Source of the DNA: Priapulus caudatus
Lineage: Eukaryota
Length of the DNA: 41,722 bases
Assembly: GCF_000485595.1 (NCBI RefSeq)
Contig: NW_014577086.1
Span: 669,581-711,302 of the forward strand
Direction of reading: 5' to 3'
The notes below the pieces were generated by a model. The model did no database searches and was not told where the DNA came from. It worked only from the letters and a program-made list of their open reading frames with translations. Numbering within the stretch: position 1 is the stretch's first letter; every line of letters starts with the position of its first letter. The translations under genes were made by a program, and so were the position numbers. This document shows positions 12,003 to 23,489 of this stretch, one piece after another.

Positions 12003-12133
12003 ACTGATGCGATGTGAGAATTAAGTGTTTATTCTAGGTGGTAGCATCCTGTTATCCTATTATCAGAAATAGATAATAGGATAACAGGATGCTACCACCT
12101 AGAATAAACAATTAATCCTCACATTGCTTCAGT
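12003..12133. repeat. Long palindrome with 62-bp arms and 7-bp loop
   Basis: 12003-12064 matches the reverse complement of 12072-12133 with 4 mismatches; the loop is AGAAATA. Duplicated at ~17205-17336. Confidence 0.9.
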
Positions 12134-12163
12134 CATTGCAGCACGAATAGCCGCCACGATAAT

Positions 12164-15100
12164 AGTGTGCATGGGTGTGTGGGTGTGCGTGGGTGTGTGG
12201 GTGTGCGTGGGTGTGTGGGTGTGCGTGGGTGTGCGTGTGCGTGTGCGTGTGCGTGTGCGTCCCATAATCTGGAGCGTATAGTCTTTCGCGTCTCATGAGC
12301 GGACACGCAATGCGTGTGACGGATGATTGCGTAGCTAAATCCATCAAAGAAATGTGGTGCACGCGGGACAATGCATGCATTATCGTAATGGAAACGGGGT
12401 CACGTAGTAGATTCAGCAGAAGAACACTGCATCTTTTCTCCGTTGGTCGTCTGTAGTTCGATTGATGCTAGCAGGCGAGAGAAATCATTGTTCACATTTA
12501 GTTGCGGTCGGTGTAGTTGTTGTGTGCAAGTCACGTCGCTAGACCCGTTAGTTGGTTTAGTCGTTATAACTTCGCGCTCGGGTTATTAATCCATGGAGTA
12601 ATTAATATAGTAATTAAGCACGCCGCATGAATTTAGCCTGGGTATACTGTGCGGTGGGGTTCGTGGGGAGTCGGTCTCTGATCGCGATGACGAGTGCTTG
12701 AGGGGTAGCGCGCGTCTTCGTCTTTGTCGCCGTTATGTATTAGTTTATCTGGATGTACAACCTTAGTCTCGACGAATTCTTAATATCAGCCATTGATATT
12801 TCAATTTTACACAAAATCCGTTATAATTGCCCGTCGTGATGTATCTCGAATGGCGTCTCTCAGCTGTGTGCTATATTGTGGATTAGGAAGCGTTCTCGTT
12901 TAGAAAACCAACGATTAAAAACATCGATAATAAACGTTGCAGATTGGTTCTAGAATGGAAATATCGAGGGGAAATGGTAAAGATGATAAGGACTATTGCA
13001 TAATAATTAAAGATAATAAATTATTATAAGAGATAAGGTTACAAAATCGGTCATGATTTTTATTTTGCTCCTTCCATATACAATAATAAGTCATTCCGCT
13101 ATAGAATTTTCCATAATATCTAGCATTAAACGTGACTTACAATTGAAATCATCCTCCTCTACATTTATGACACGTGCAAATTGCATCGAGATCGAATTGT
13201 GTTTATTCCAAGGCGTTTTCAAGTAGGTATAATTAGTGGGCCGAATGTTATAAACTATGTTAGGCACGACCACTTCTTTTATCCCGCCAATGAGGTGTCA
13301 TATAACTATTGCCCATGCAAATTCGATTGGTTTTCCGCTAGTCTTGCGGGTTGGGATCTTTCAGCTAATGTGGGCAGGCTGTTTACCCTTTTCAGTATAT
13401 TTTTCTATAAATATAGATATAAGTCTATAACGTTCACCTGTAGTTCAATTAATCACATGTAGTTCATTCCGAGTTTTACCGCGACTTCGCATCTACGTAA
13501 ATTTTCACTTACATTTTTTGCACTTTTTGCATTTCCTCAACTTGATACAAGTACGACTTACAAATCGTGGATTTGCTTACAACCTAAGTAACTTCAGGTG
13601 CTTTTGATATATCTAATAGAAATATACTTTTTGGTCATCATTGTGAACGGTAAATCTTCCTCTTCGTTCTTTTTCTTCTTCTTTTTTCTTATTTCTTGCA
13701 TCTTTCGTACGTTTTAACGCGTAATACGAATGGAGTAAAAGCGATACGCGCTGAAATAAATGCATTTCAATCGTTTGGAATCACTGTCACCGAAAGTCGA
13801 TCGTTCACTCTCAGTTTCACTCGTTTGCCGTATAAACCTTTCTCCCTGCGGCCCACGCCGATAAAGTATTCAAGTATATATGCACGTTTTATCGTGTCTT
13901 TGTCGAGTGGGAAAGCTGTCTGCCAAACGTGCCTCGCCATTTTTGAAAAAGTGATGCGGTAACTTCACCGGAATTTCTTTTGAAACTACTCGCCGGTTAT
14001 ATATATATATATATATATATTCGCAAACTTTATGGGAAATTCCTGCTATAGTTCGTTAGTACTAGATCGGCGTAGACGCTTTTTTATTGAAGCGATTCTG
14101 ATATGTGACTTGGTCGGTCTTGGCAGTTCCGAGGAAAAAAACTAACGTGCACCGTACGTATAGAGTATATTTAGCACCTTTCCAGTGAATAGGAGAATGC
14201 ACTCGGTTATCTTTGGGGAATTACTAGTTGATGACTGTGTAATTGTGACATTATACATATACTTTAGTAGATACCTCCTCAGACGGGTTTGGGTGGGTCT
14301 GATTCGAGGATAGGTGGTTAAACCATTTTATACTCTCAACTTTAGTTTAAGAGTATTTAAGTAATATGTAGACATATCGAGTCATGTCATATATCAATAT
14401 GTTGTTTAAAAACCATCTACCATAGTATATAAAATCTGAAACTTTACCTNNNNNNNNNNNNNNNNNNNNNNNNNNNNNNNNNNNNNNNNNNNNNNNNNNN
14501 NNNNNNNNNNNNNNNNNNNNNNNNNNNNNNNNNNNNNNNNNNNNNNNNNNNNNNNNNNNNNNNNNNNNNNNNNNNNNNNNNNNNNNNNNNNNNNNNNNNN
14601 NNNNNNNNNNNNNNNNNNNNNNNNNNNNNNNNNNNNNNNNNNNNNNNNNNNNNNNNNNNNNNNNNNNNNNNNNNNNNNNNNNNNNNNNNNNNNNNNNNNN
14701 NNNNNNNNNNNNNNNNNNNNNNNNNNNNNNNNNNNNNNNNNNNNNNNNNNNNNNNNNNNNNNNNNNNNNNNNNNNNNNNNNNNNNNNNNNNNNNNNNNNN
14801 NNNNNNNNNNNNACGGGCGCGCCACACACATATAACGCACACGCACACCACACGGCCACACGCACACGCACACGCAGCACGCACACGCAACACGCACACG
14901 CACAAGCGCACACGGCAGCACGCACACGCACAACGCACACCCACACGGCACACACACCACACACAACACACACTACCACACACACCAGCACACACACACA
15001 ACACATCCACACACACATACAACCAAAGTTAGTGTAGCCCCAGCAGAAATAGAATAGAAGTAAACGCTCATATCATATGCCAGTACCCAGGCGCGCAGCG

Positions 15101-17365
15101 GCGCCAGTTTCTGACACTGTCACGTGACCAGGACGGCCATATTTGGTGCATAACCCTGCATAGCGCATCACTAGATAAAGCTTGACCTATCCAGTAGCCT
15201 CTAGGATTTTTAGCTTGCATACAACTGTACTTACTGTATAACAAAATCGTCTATACGCCACACGTATTGTTCGGCAGAATACCTAATTTAATTGTTATAA
15301 TAATTATCAAACGCTACGAAATGTGAACCGCGCCAATGAATGGTTTGAGCGCACTTATCAGATGCGTGCGCTTGAGTGCGCCTACCGTCGTTGTAATCAA
15401 CTGTAGTCGTTTAGTTTTAAAAGCATTAAAATAAATATATTTCTAATGGTGATTGAACCCATGAAAGCTTTGTGGTATGTAGCGTAATTATAAGCATAAA
15501 TTAACTGAAAAATAACCCTAGAACGCAGAGTAAACTCTCTGGTTAAGCAATTTTGAATACTAAATGCAAAGCAAAGATTATGATAAGAAAGTAGTAGTTT
15601 GAATGCCAAAGTACCCGGCGTTAATGACATTTTAGTTTTAAATTACAGAAAACATGCATTGGATGCGTTTTCGCTATAGATTTTAAACACTGCTTTCCTT
15701 ACAGAGGTAAAATTAAAATTGACAAAACTGCTACTCGAATGGATTGTTGGCACATGCTGAACTGAAAAATAAAAGTTCACTTACTAATCTACAATTTGGC
15801 AAGAAAATAAGACAAGATTTTATGTAGGCTAGGTTCGCACTTCAGCTTCCAGGCTCAACTAGGAACGCAATTTAATATAATGCTTCTAAGATAAATAGCA
15901 ATCATTGTAGAGCGAAGAAAAAGTCATTTACTGTATAATTGCCATTTTATTCCACATATTTAACGGCTTGTAACTGTCGCAAACTTAAGAGTTCCTATTT
16001 TATTCTATTATTTGGTATTTCAAAAACATAGGGCAAATCAGATCTTTTTTACATTTTTGCGAGCAAATATATATACTGTATGTAGCTCTAGAACTAATAG
16101 CGCCTCCTTTCCGCCGCAGGAGCGTAGGGCTAATAGTTCCGGGGAGCTATACTGTATGCTAATCACAATTAAAAATCAAACAATTCAAAGTTTTCTAGCG
16201 CACTAGCTTCTAACCTAATTGAATTCTAGTAAAGATAATACATCAATGTATATCATTTGCAATAGCAAAATTGGATAATTAAAATTAAATACGTACCACA
16301 CAAACAACGGAATAGCAAAAAACTAGTTCATGACACGCCTTAATACAGGTATCAGCGCCGATTTTCCGGACACTGATTGCCCCGGAACCTTTTTAACCGG
16401 TAAAATGCTTTTGAAATTATTTGAGCGTAGGCAGTGTACGTCGCCGTGTCGTCACATTTGCTGTGTCGCCATGTGGGTGCGTAGCGCACGTCGCCGTGTC
16501 GCCATGTGGGCGGCGCGTCGCCACATCGCCCGTGTCGGCCATGTAGGCGCGTCGCCAACGTCGGTCCGTGTCACCATGTGGTCGCGTCGCCCACGTAGCC
16601 GTGTCAGCCATGTGGGCGCGTCGCAATGTCGCCATGTGCGGTGTGTCGGCCCACATCGCCGGTGTCGCATGTGGCGCGTCGCCACATCGCCGTGTCGGAT
16701 ATGTGGGAGTGTCGCCATGTTTGCCATGTGGGCGCGTCGCCACGTCCGCCGTGACAACCATGTGGCGCGCGTCGCCCTTATCACCATGTGGGCGCGTCGC
16801 CGCGTCGCACGTAGCGTGTCGCATGTGAGCGGCGTCGCCGTATCACCATGTGCCTTCCATTTCTGTGCTATGAAGCTGTCTGTGACATGACTATGTAGCA
16901 GGGGGGGGGGGGTTCCTTATTAGGTCGGTTCAATTATGAATGTGAATATGTATCATATGCGAATGTGTCAATTTATTGAATATGTGTGTTGACATCGTGG
17001 ATGAGGGCAACAGCAAAACTCTTTCTTGGAAATTATGAAAAGTGCAAAAAGGGTTGTACACCTCTGCTTTGGCTATTCATTACATAAATTTAAAAACCAT
17101 GGCCATCAATATCATGGGCATGTTATCAATGGGAGGTCTATTATATTTGTCAATCCACCCCAAAGAGTATCAACTAGTAATTCGCCCAAAGATAACCGAT
17201 CAAGCTGATGGCGATGTGAGAAATTAAGTGTTTATTCTAGTGGTAGCATTCTAGTATCCTATTATCAAGATATAGATAATAGGATAACAGGATGCTACCA
17301 CCTAGAATAAACAATTAATCCTCACATTGCTTCAGTCATTGCAGCACGAATAGCCGCCACGATAA
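12164..17365 (+). repeat. Copy 2 of tandem segmental duplication, indel-rich and containing an N gap
   Basis: Colinear with 5762-12163. Single-base deletions dominate before the gap and insertions dominate after it. Confidence 0.92.
14450..14812. other. Assembly gap (363 N)
   Basis: Run of N. Confidence 1.
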
Positions 17366-17636
17366 TTATTAGTAAAAGAAGTTTTTACCCGTGTACTAGG
17401 ATAGTATATCATATATTACATCTGATGAAATATGAAAATTGCTAAAACACCAAATATGTGATTAAAACCCCTGTGACTGTAGTCCTACTACGAGATTATC
17501 TGACAAATCCACCAAGAGATGTCACGCTCGGTTTCTTGATAATTTAAATTAGTAGATATCTATATAGTTTAATATCTTCGGTTCAGAAAACTCGTGCTGC
17601 GTGAGCCCCTTACTTCCTATGACGACTTTAACTCCT

Positions 17637-17671
<35 letters not shown>

Positions 17672-18689
17672 TATTTGGACGTGTCTAGCTGGGCACATGG
17701 TGCATTTCATTGACGCATAGGTATTTGACCTTTACTTGCCCTTGCGCAATGTAACATGTGGTAGGCTCGTCACAAGGGGTAAGAAACTCACGCCACACCG
17801 GCCAGGTTTCTTTAGAATCGTTTGGCCATCATATCGCAGTATATTGGAAGTTTTCTACATAATTTCAACAGGCAATCTGAGTAAATGGGGAAAAAATGAA
17901 ATAAAATATATAAATTTAATTTAAACATTATTTAGAAATACAAAGGCAAATAACAATTCTCTGTAGTTCTCATTTCTCCTTATATACACATACGAATACT
18001 ATAATTGATAGTACAGTTAGTATTAGCGGCAACTATGTGATTCCTTATCGATTGATGGTAATATTTAATGATGACTAGGCCTGAGTGCTAACGAGGCGTA
18101 GTTATACACCAAGATTACTAAATTGCTTGTTATTGTATGATCGTATTATCTCATATTATAGTATGTTATATTATATCATATATCGAATGCTATCGTATTA
18201 TAACATGATGTTGATGTAGAAGTACTCCGATACAATTTTCTTACCGAGACTCGCATGACGTCTCCGTATTAAACGCGACAAGACGCGAAAAAAAAACTAA
18301 AATTACTTACAAAGTTGCCGCGTTTTTGCTTTAGTAGTAATTGTTCACATATCCACGTAGGTTAACATTTATTTCACCAGATTGACGTAAATTTGTGCGA
18401 GGACCCGAAGGGCTCTTGCCCTAAGTGGAGGCGACAGTCTAAATTGCTATAAGTAACTGTAGACCTAATGCATGGTCGTGAGTTGGCAATGGCTTTGAAT
18501 TTGACGATGACATTGGCTCAGAATTCTCTTTTAGACTTACTTGTTAGGCCAGGAAGGCAGGCTAGCATTTTTTATTGTCGTACTGTGAAGGAACTTGCAG
18601 ACGATCCCGCAATAACACCCCACAACGTCCTTAAAATAACTAAAAGGCTTTCAACATATTGTGTGATTGAAAAGCCGACTTCGTAATCT

Positions 18690-18729
18690 GAAGAGTAGAG
18701 AATAACACATGTGTTATTATCTACTCTTG
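18690..18729. mobile_element. 40-bp palindromic insertion with 7-bp TSD GTAATCT (P/Galileo-like footprint or mini element)
   Basis: GTAATCT|gAAGAGTAGAGAATAACACATGTGTTATTATCTACTCTTG|GTAATCT. Confidence 0.78.
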
Positions 18730-19696
18730 GTAATCTACAAAGGATTTACAACTAACGATGCGACAGAATTATATCTGAAACAGAAATGTGCGATGCTGCG
18801 CATGTTATCACGCTATAGCTACTTTCAGCATAATCGTGTTTAGAGCGAAATATGTTGTTTGGAGCGAAATCTGTTTTCCGTGTCTATTAACCTTGGCCCG
18901 TGTCTGTTAACCTTGAGTTTCACGTATAATGTTCACTTTACACCAACGAATCAAACATATTTATCAGTTGAGTAGAGTAATAGAGATCATATATATGGGT
19001 TCTGCATAAGGACCTGGAGGTCTATATACCAGATCTTATCCCTCAGATTGTTGATACTCTTGGTTATTTTCTAGTAGTTTAGACTTTTTTGTTATTGTAC
19101 AGCAAAAGCGCATGCAGAGAAACGCATAGTAAGGCGAGGCGCATATAAGAACGCATTTAAAAACGCATTTTGGAAACGTCTAATTTAAATCGTCTAAAAA
19201 TTTATTTAAATCGTCCAATGCTTATAACGCGCCAAAATCGTCCTTCGACGTCGTGCCAACATATCGTGCGAACATCACATATCGGCGAGATATTTGGTGC
19301 TCCATGATGCACGATATAACTGTTATTTGTGACTTGTTTAGTATGCAGGACTCGGTGACAAACGCAGCAGATAGACAAACCTTTTAGACTACCGCGATTA
19401 TTACTGCCGGTAAGTTGACTTCAAACGCGTGTCTGGTTTCGTAATAGCCATGTAAGTGCTTTCGTCGCTGCCATATTTATCAGTTTCCAACGTGTGGATA
19501 AATAACTTGCCACTTGTTAAACACATCAGATCCATTGAAATCTCTGGGGGGCTTATTCGTAACCAGCGTGGCTATTATTCGAGTGGCGAGATCAAAGGTG
19601 ATTGCCCACTGGAGAGTGTGTGGCAACGGAGCAGATGTGTATGCCAAAATAAACTACTATGATAATGGCTGCGCATTTGACATATTGACATATGCA

Positions 19697-20051
19697 GCCA
19701 CGTAGCCGTGTCGCCATGTGAGCGCGTCGCCGTATCACCATGTGCCTTCATTTCTGTCTATGAACTGTCTGTGACATGACTATTTACAGGGGGGGCACTT
19801 TTTAGGTCGGGTTCATTATGAATGTGAATATGTGTCATATGCGAATGTGTCATTTATTGAATATGTTGTGTTGACCACCGTGGGGATGAGGACAACAGCA
19901 AAACTCTTTCTTGGAATTATGAAAAAAGCTGCAAAAAGGTTGTAACCTCTGCTTTGCTATTCAATTACATAATTTAACCCATGCATCATATCATGCATGT
20001 ATCATGCAGGTCTATTATATTTGTCAATCCACCCCTCTAAATCCGCCACTG
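19697..20051 (+). mobile_element. Third copy of the 11622-11963 segment, ending in a hAT-like terminal sequence
   Basis: Near-identical to 11622-11963. It ends CCCCTCTAAATCCGCCACTG, whose reverse complement CAGTGGCGGATTTAGAGGGG is a common hAT-MITE-type TIR. The other end was not found. Confidence 0.6.
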
Positions 20052-20155
20052 ATGTAATGTCCGCGGGTGGGCTGCAGCCAGTGGTTCACTGTAGATCTAT
20101 TCTGGTGCCATAGTAGTGTTTTCCTCACCTGAGTCTAGAATTTGTCAACGGCAAG

Positions 20156-20300
20156 TTGACTGCCCAGGAATGCTCTGATGAATCGAAGGCAAATCTCCCC
20201 ATATACGTATATGAGAAGGCTGAATGCATGTGGTACGTAGACAAAGCTGAATATAGAGACCGGGACAAGAGGCAGAAAGCAATAAAAGAAATAATTTTTT
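20156..20300 (+). pseudogene. MADF (Myb/SANT-like) domain fragment, probably from PIF/Harbinger ORF2
   Basis: ECSDESKANLPIYVYEKAECMWYVDKAEYRDRDKRQKAIKEI follows the MADF pattern (Y..hpCLWd....Y.dr.kr..a..eI). Similarity stops at a poly-T run and there is no ATG start. Confidence 0.6.
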
Positions 20301-20412
20301 TTGTGAGTGCGCTTGAATGGCCGAGTGCAGCGATGTATATGGTGTACATGTACATGTATATGGTGTCTGGCATCTATGCTGATGTCTTTGATGACAGATA
20401 GATTTGTTCTCA

Positions 20413-20699
20413 TAAAATCTATAGGAAAACGTATCCATGCATGTTTTTCTGTAATTAAAACTAACTGTCATCAACGCCGGGTATTTTGGCATTCAACTAC
20501 TACTTTCTTATCATATTTTCTTTGCATTTAGTATTAAAATTTGTTTAAGGGGGTCAAGCTTTACTAGTGATGCGCATTGCAGAGTGACTGCACCAATATG
20601 GCGCTGGTCACGTGACAGTTGTCAGAAACTGGCGACGCTGCGCGCCTGGGTATGAGCGTTCTACTTCTATTCTATTTCTGTGGTTACAATGGCTTTGGT
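20413..20699 (-). mobile_element. Inverted, internally shorter copy of the 9898-10543 repeat
   Basis: Reverse-complement match lacking the ~350 bp equivalent to 10059-10410. Confidence 0.75.
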
Positions 20700-20964
20700 G
20701 TGTGCGCATGCGGAGTTGGCGATCTTAAAATTTAGTGCGGGTTTCCGATGACTGCCGAAGTTTCTTCGAGCACATTACATTTTAGAAAATTGCTTCCAAA
20801 AGTCACTTTACGATGGAAAAATCGCGTTCTAGCGTAGCGGAATGTATTCGCGACGCCCAGAAGGGGCCCCAGCTCGATTCGCGCGAGCATACGCGGCACG
20901 GTTTCGGAGGAGATACGGAAAACGACACTTCGGCTTTTTCTACTATTATATAGTAGACTAGCTA

Positions 20965-21420
20965 TTACCCGTCCTCCAGACGGGTTTGAGTGGGGTCTGA
21001 TTTGAGGATGGCGGTTTAACCATTTATCTGTCACTTTTAGTTGAGGATGTATTTACAGTAAACGAAAAATACTGATATTTTGACTCGAGTCATATATCAA
21101 TATTTGTTGAAAAAAATTGTATCTAAATATATATAAAATCAGATATTTTACCTTTAAATTACCTACAATTTTTCAAAAAACGGGAAATGGGGTGATTTAT
21201 CTGTCACTTTTAGTTGAGGATGTATTTACAGTAAACGAAATATACTGATATTTTGACTCGAGTCATATATCAATATTTGTTGAAAAAAATTGTATCTAAA
21301 TATATATAAAATCAGATATTTTACCTTAAAATTACCTAAAATTTTTCAAAAAACGGGAAATGGGGTGATTTCATAGTACAATTTCACTTATTTAGATATT
21401 ATTTAGAGGAGATATCGAGA
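20965..21420 (+). repeat. Dispersed repeat with an internal 173-bp tandem duplication
   Basis: Units at 21022-21194 and 21195-21367 are near-identical. Homologous to 8405-8700. Confidence 0.88.
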
Positions 21421-21583
21421 AATCTGCACTGAGCGAAGAAATCTTTAGGGCTTCGTCATGCTCGAGACGGCGACTGAGATGAAATGTAACCAAGCGTTAT
21501 AAAGCGTATAAGATGCTGCGCGATAATTGGTATAGGCAGGCTTCAGCGCACCAAAATCCGTGAATCAAATAATAATTGGCAGA

Positions 21584-21723
21584 AGAGAGAGAGCGCGAGA
21601 TAGTGCGTGTGTGTGTGTGCGTGTGTGTGTGCGTGTGTGTGCGCGCGTGTGTATGTGTGTGTGTGTGCGCGCGCGCACATGTGTGTGTGCGTGTGTGTGT
21701 GAGCGCGCGATGTGTGTGCGCGC

Positions 21724-21757
<34 letters not shown>

Positions 21758-21835
21758 ATGTGCGTGCGTGCGGGCGTGTATGCGTGCCTGTGCGTGCATG
21801 CATGCGTGTGCGTGTTGTGAGTGTTGTGAGTGTGT
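21584..21835. repeat. (GA)n/(TG)n/(CG)n microsatellite
   Basis: Directly visible. Confidence 0.95.
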
Positions 21836-21879
21836 GGACGCGGAGGGGGAGGAGGGGCTCGCGTATTTGCAGTCCTCCT

Positions 21880-22090
21880 CCTAACTCATCTTAAATCTAA
21901 TCGTAGCTTTACCACTAGCCGTAATAATCATAACCCTAACCCTTACAATAAGTTACCCATAACCCAAAAAAACCTATTACTTACCATATCCCGAGCAAAA
22001 ACCCTAACCTAAACCCCTGCCCCTATCCATAATTCTACTTCTAACACTAATCCTGCTGCTAACTCTAGCTCTATAACTCGAAACCAAACG
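21880..22090 (+). repeat. Degenerate (CCCTAA)n-like hexamer tract
   Basis: Hexamer periodicity, e.g. AACCCTAACCCT and ACCCTAACCTAAACCCCTGCCCCTAT. Confidence 0.6.
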
Positions 22091-22691
22091 AATAGGCATT
22101 ACTCTACGAACTACTGCGCGTTTCTCTGATGAAAAGGTATGCTCGCTTATCTGTGTCCATGACGACTGCAGACAGGTGAACTTTGCAGACAACTAATCTT
22201 AAAGGCGCAGGCGATGTCTTGATACATCCCTATCTTCCTCTTCTTGTGCGGAAAAAGCTCGTTCATTATGCTGTGTGTTTAGCGAAACGCCTACAATCAT
22301 CAGATACTATTTCGTGGAATCTATATAATAATTTGAGTAGTGTCGTTCTGTTTGTTCCTGCTTAACTTCTAGGCGCGTGCACGAATCCGGCACAAAATTT
22401 TCGTGCTTCATTCCAACGCATCAGGTTCGATTCTAACACTTTGCTTTTTGTTATTTATTGGGTTATATGTCAAAAAAAAACATATTTAGAAAATCTAATA
22501 GAAAATCTCCCTGGAAAACATGCACGATTCAGTTCACTTCCGCTAGGTGCGCTGGCTGTAGACTTACAAACACGCAACCACAGGCTAAAGGATACATTAG
22601 TCTGTCACGTAACCTTGCAGTGGATTCGCCAGGGCACACGCGCTGGCTGTGGAATCAATTCCTCCCCCACCTGCACGCTCGCACTCAGCGC

Positions 22692-22718
22692 ATATCTATC
22701 TATCAATCTATCTATTTT

Positions 22719-22757
<39 letters not shown>

Positions 22758-23456
22758 GAATTTCATAATTCTCCAGTGTTAAGTACGACACCCGCTTTAA
22801 TACAATTATTTTGCTTCTGGCCTCGGTCAGTTTTTGCTACTGACGGGGTTTGAACCTGTGTAATGATTCTTGAAAAATGTAGGCAAACGCCTTCGCAGTA
22901 AATGCGTTATATATCCTCCCACGTAGTGATAGCGGAACGTATGGTTTTCGCGGCCGTTGTGTGTTTGTGCTGGTGTGTGTGTGTGTGCATGTGTGTGTGT
23001 GTGTGTGTGTGTGTTGTTTGGTGTGTGTGTGTGCTGGTGTGCTGGTGTGTGTAGTGTGTGTGTATGTGTGTGTTGTGTGTGTGTGTTTGGTGTGTTGTGT
23101 GCTGTGTGTGTGTTGTGTGTGCCGTGTGCGTGTGCGTGTTCGTGTGCGCTGCGTGTGTGTGTCTGTCTGTCTGCCTCGATACTTTCTTGTGCAAACCGTA
23201 TAGGTAGAAACTAACAACCCTGGCCGGCGGTGAAACCCTATTGATTATTGAGTGCCTTCGCACCCGCAAGGTCAAGATCAGCCGGCTTCAGCATTTGATG
23301 AATGGATAGATAGAATGAACGAATTATGATAGGATAAGAACAAAAATACGATTAGAGAGAGTAGATAGATCAGACTAGATAGATAGATAGATAGATAGAT
23401 AGATGTAGATAGATCGATAGATAGATACGAGAGTAGATATGATAGATAGATAGATT
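22692..23456. repeat. Microsatellite cluster: (TATC)n 22692-22757, (TG)n 22957-23170, (GATA)n 23355-23456
   Basis: Directly visible. Confidence 0.9.
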
Positions 23457-23481
23457 NNNNNNNNNNNNNNNNNNNNNNNNN
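23457..23481. other. Assembly gap (25 N)
   Basis: Run of N. Confidence 1.
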
Positions 23482-23489
23482 GTTCTACG

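Larger units (their letters stand above)
5762..12163 (+). repeat. Copy 1 of tandem segmental duplication
   Basis: Shared anchors with copy 2: CATAATCTGGAGCGTATAGTC at 5859 and 12263; GCCGCCACGATAAT ending at 12163 and 17365. The copies are colinear throughout. Confidence 0.92.

Noticed and set aside
17513..17538. CAAGAGA...TTTCTTG possible footprint
   Set aside because: The flanks AATCCAC and ATAATTT are not a duplication and the interior is not palindromic.
21880..22090. Telomere or interstitial telomeric fusion site
   Set aside because: The tract is short, highly degenerate and internal; transposon-internal low-complexity sequence explains it better.
22835..22935. tRNA gene on the minus strand (B-box-like GGTTCAAACCC)
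   Set aside because: No cloverleaf or clear A box could be built; at most a decayed SINE head.
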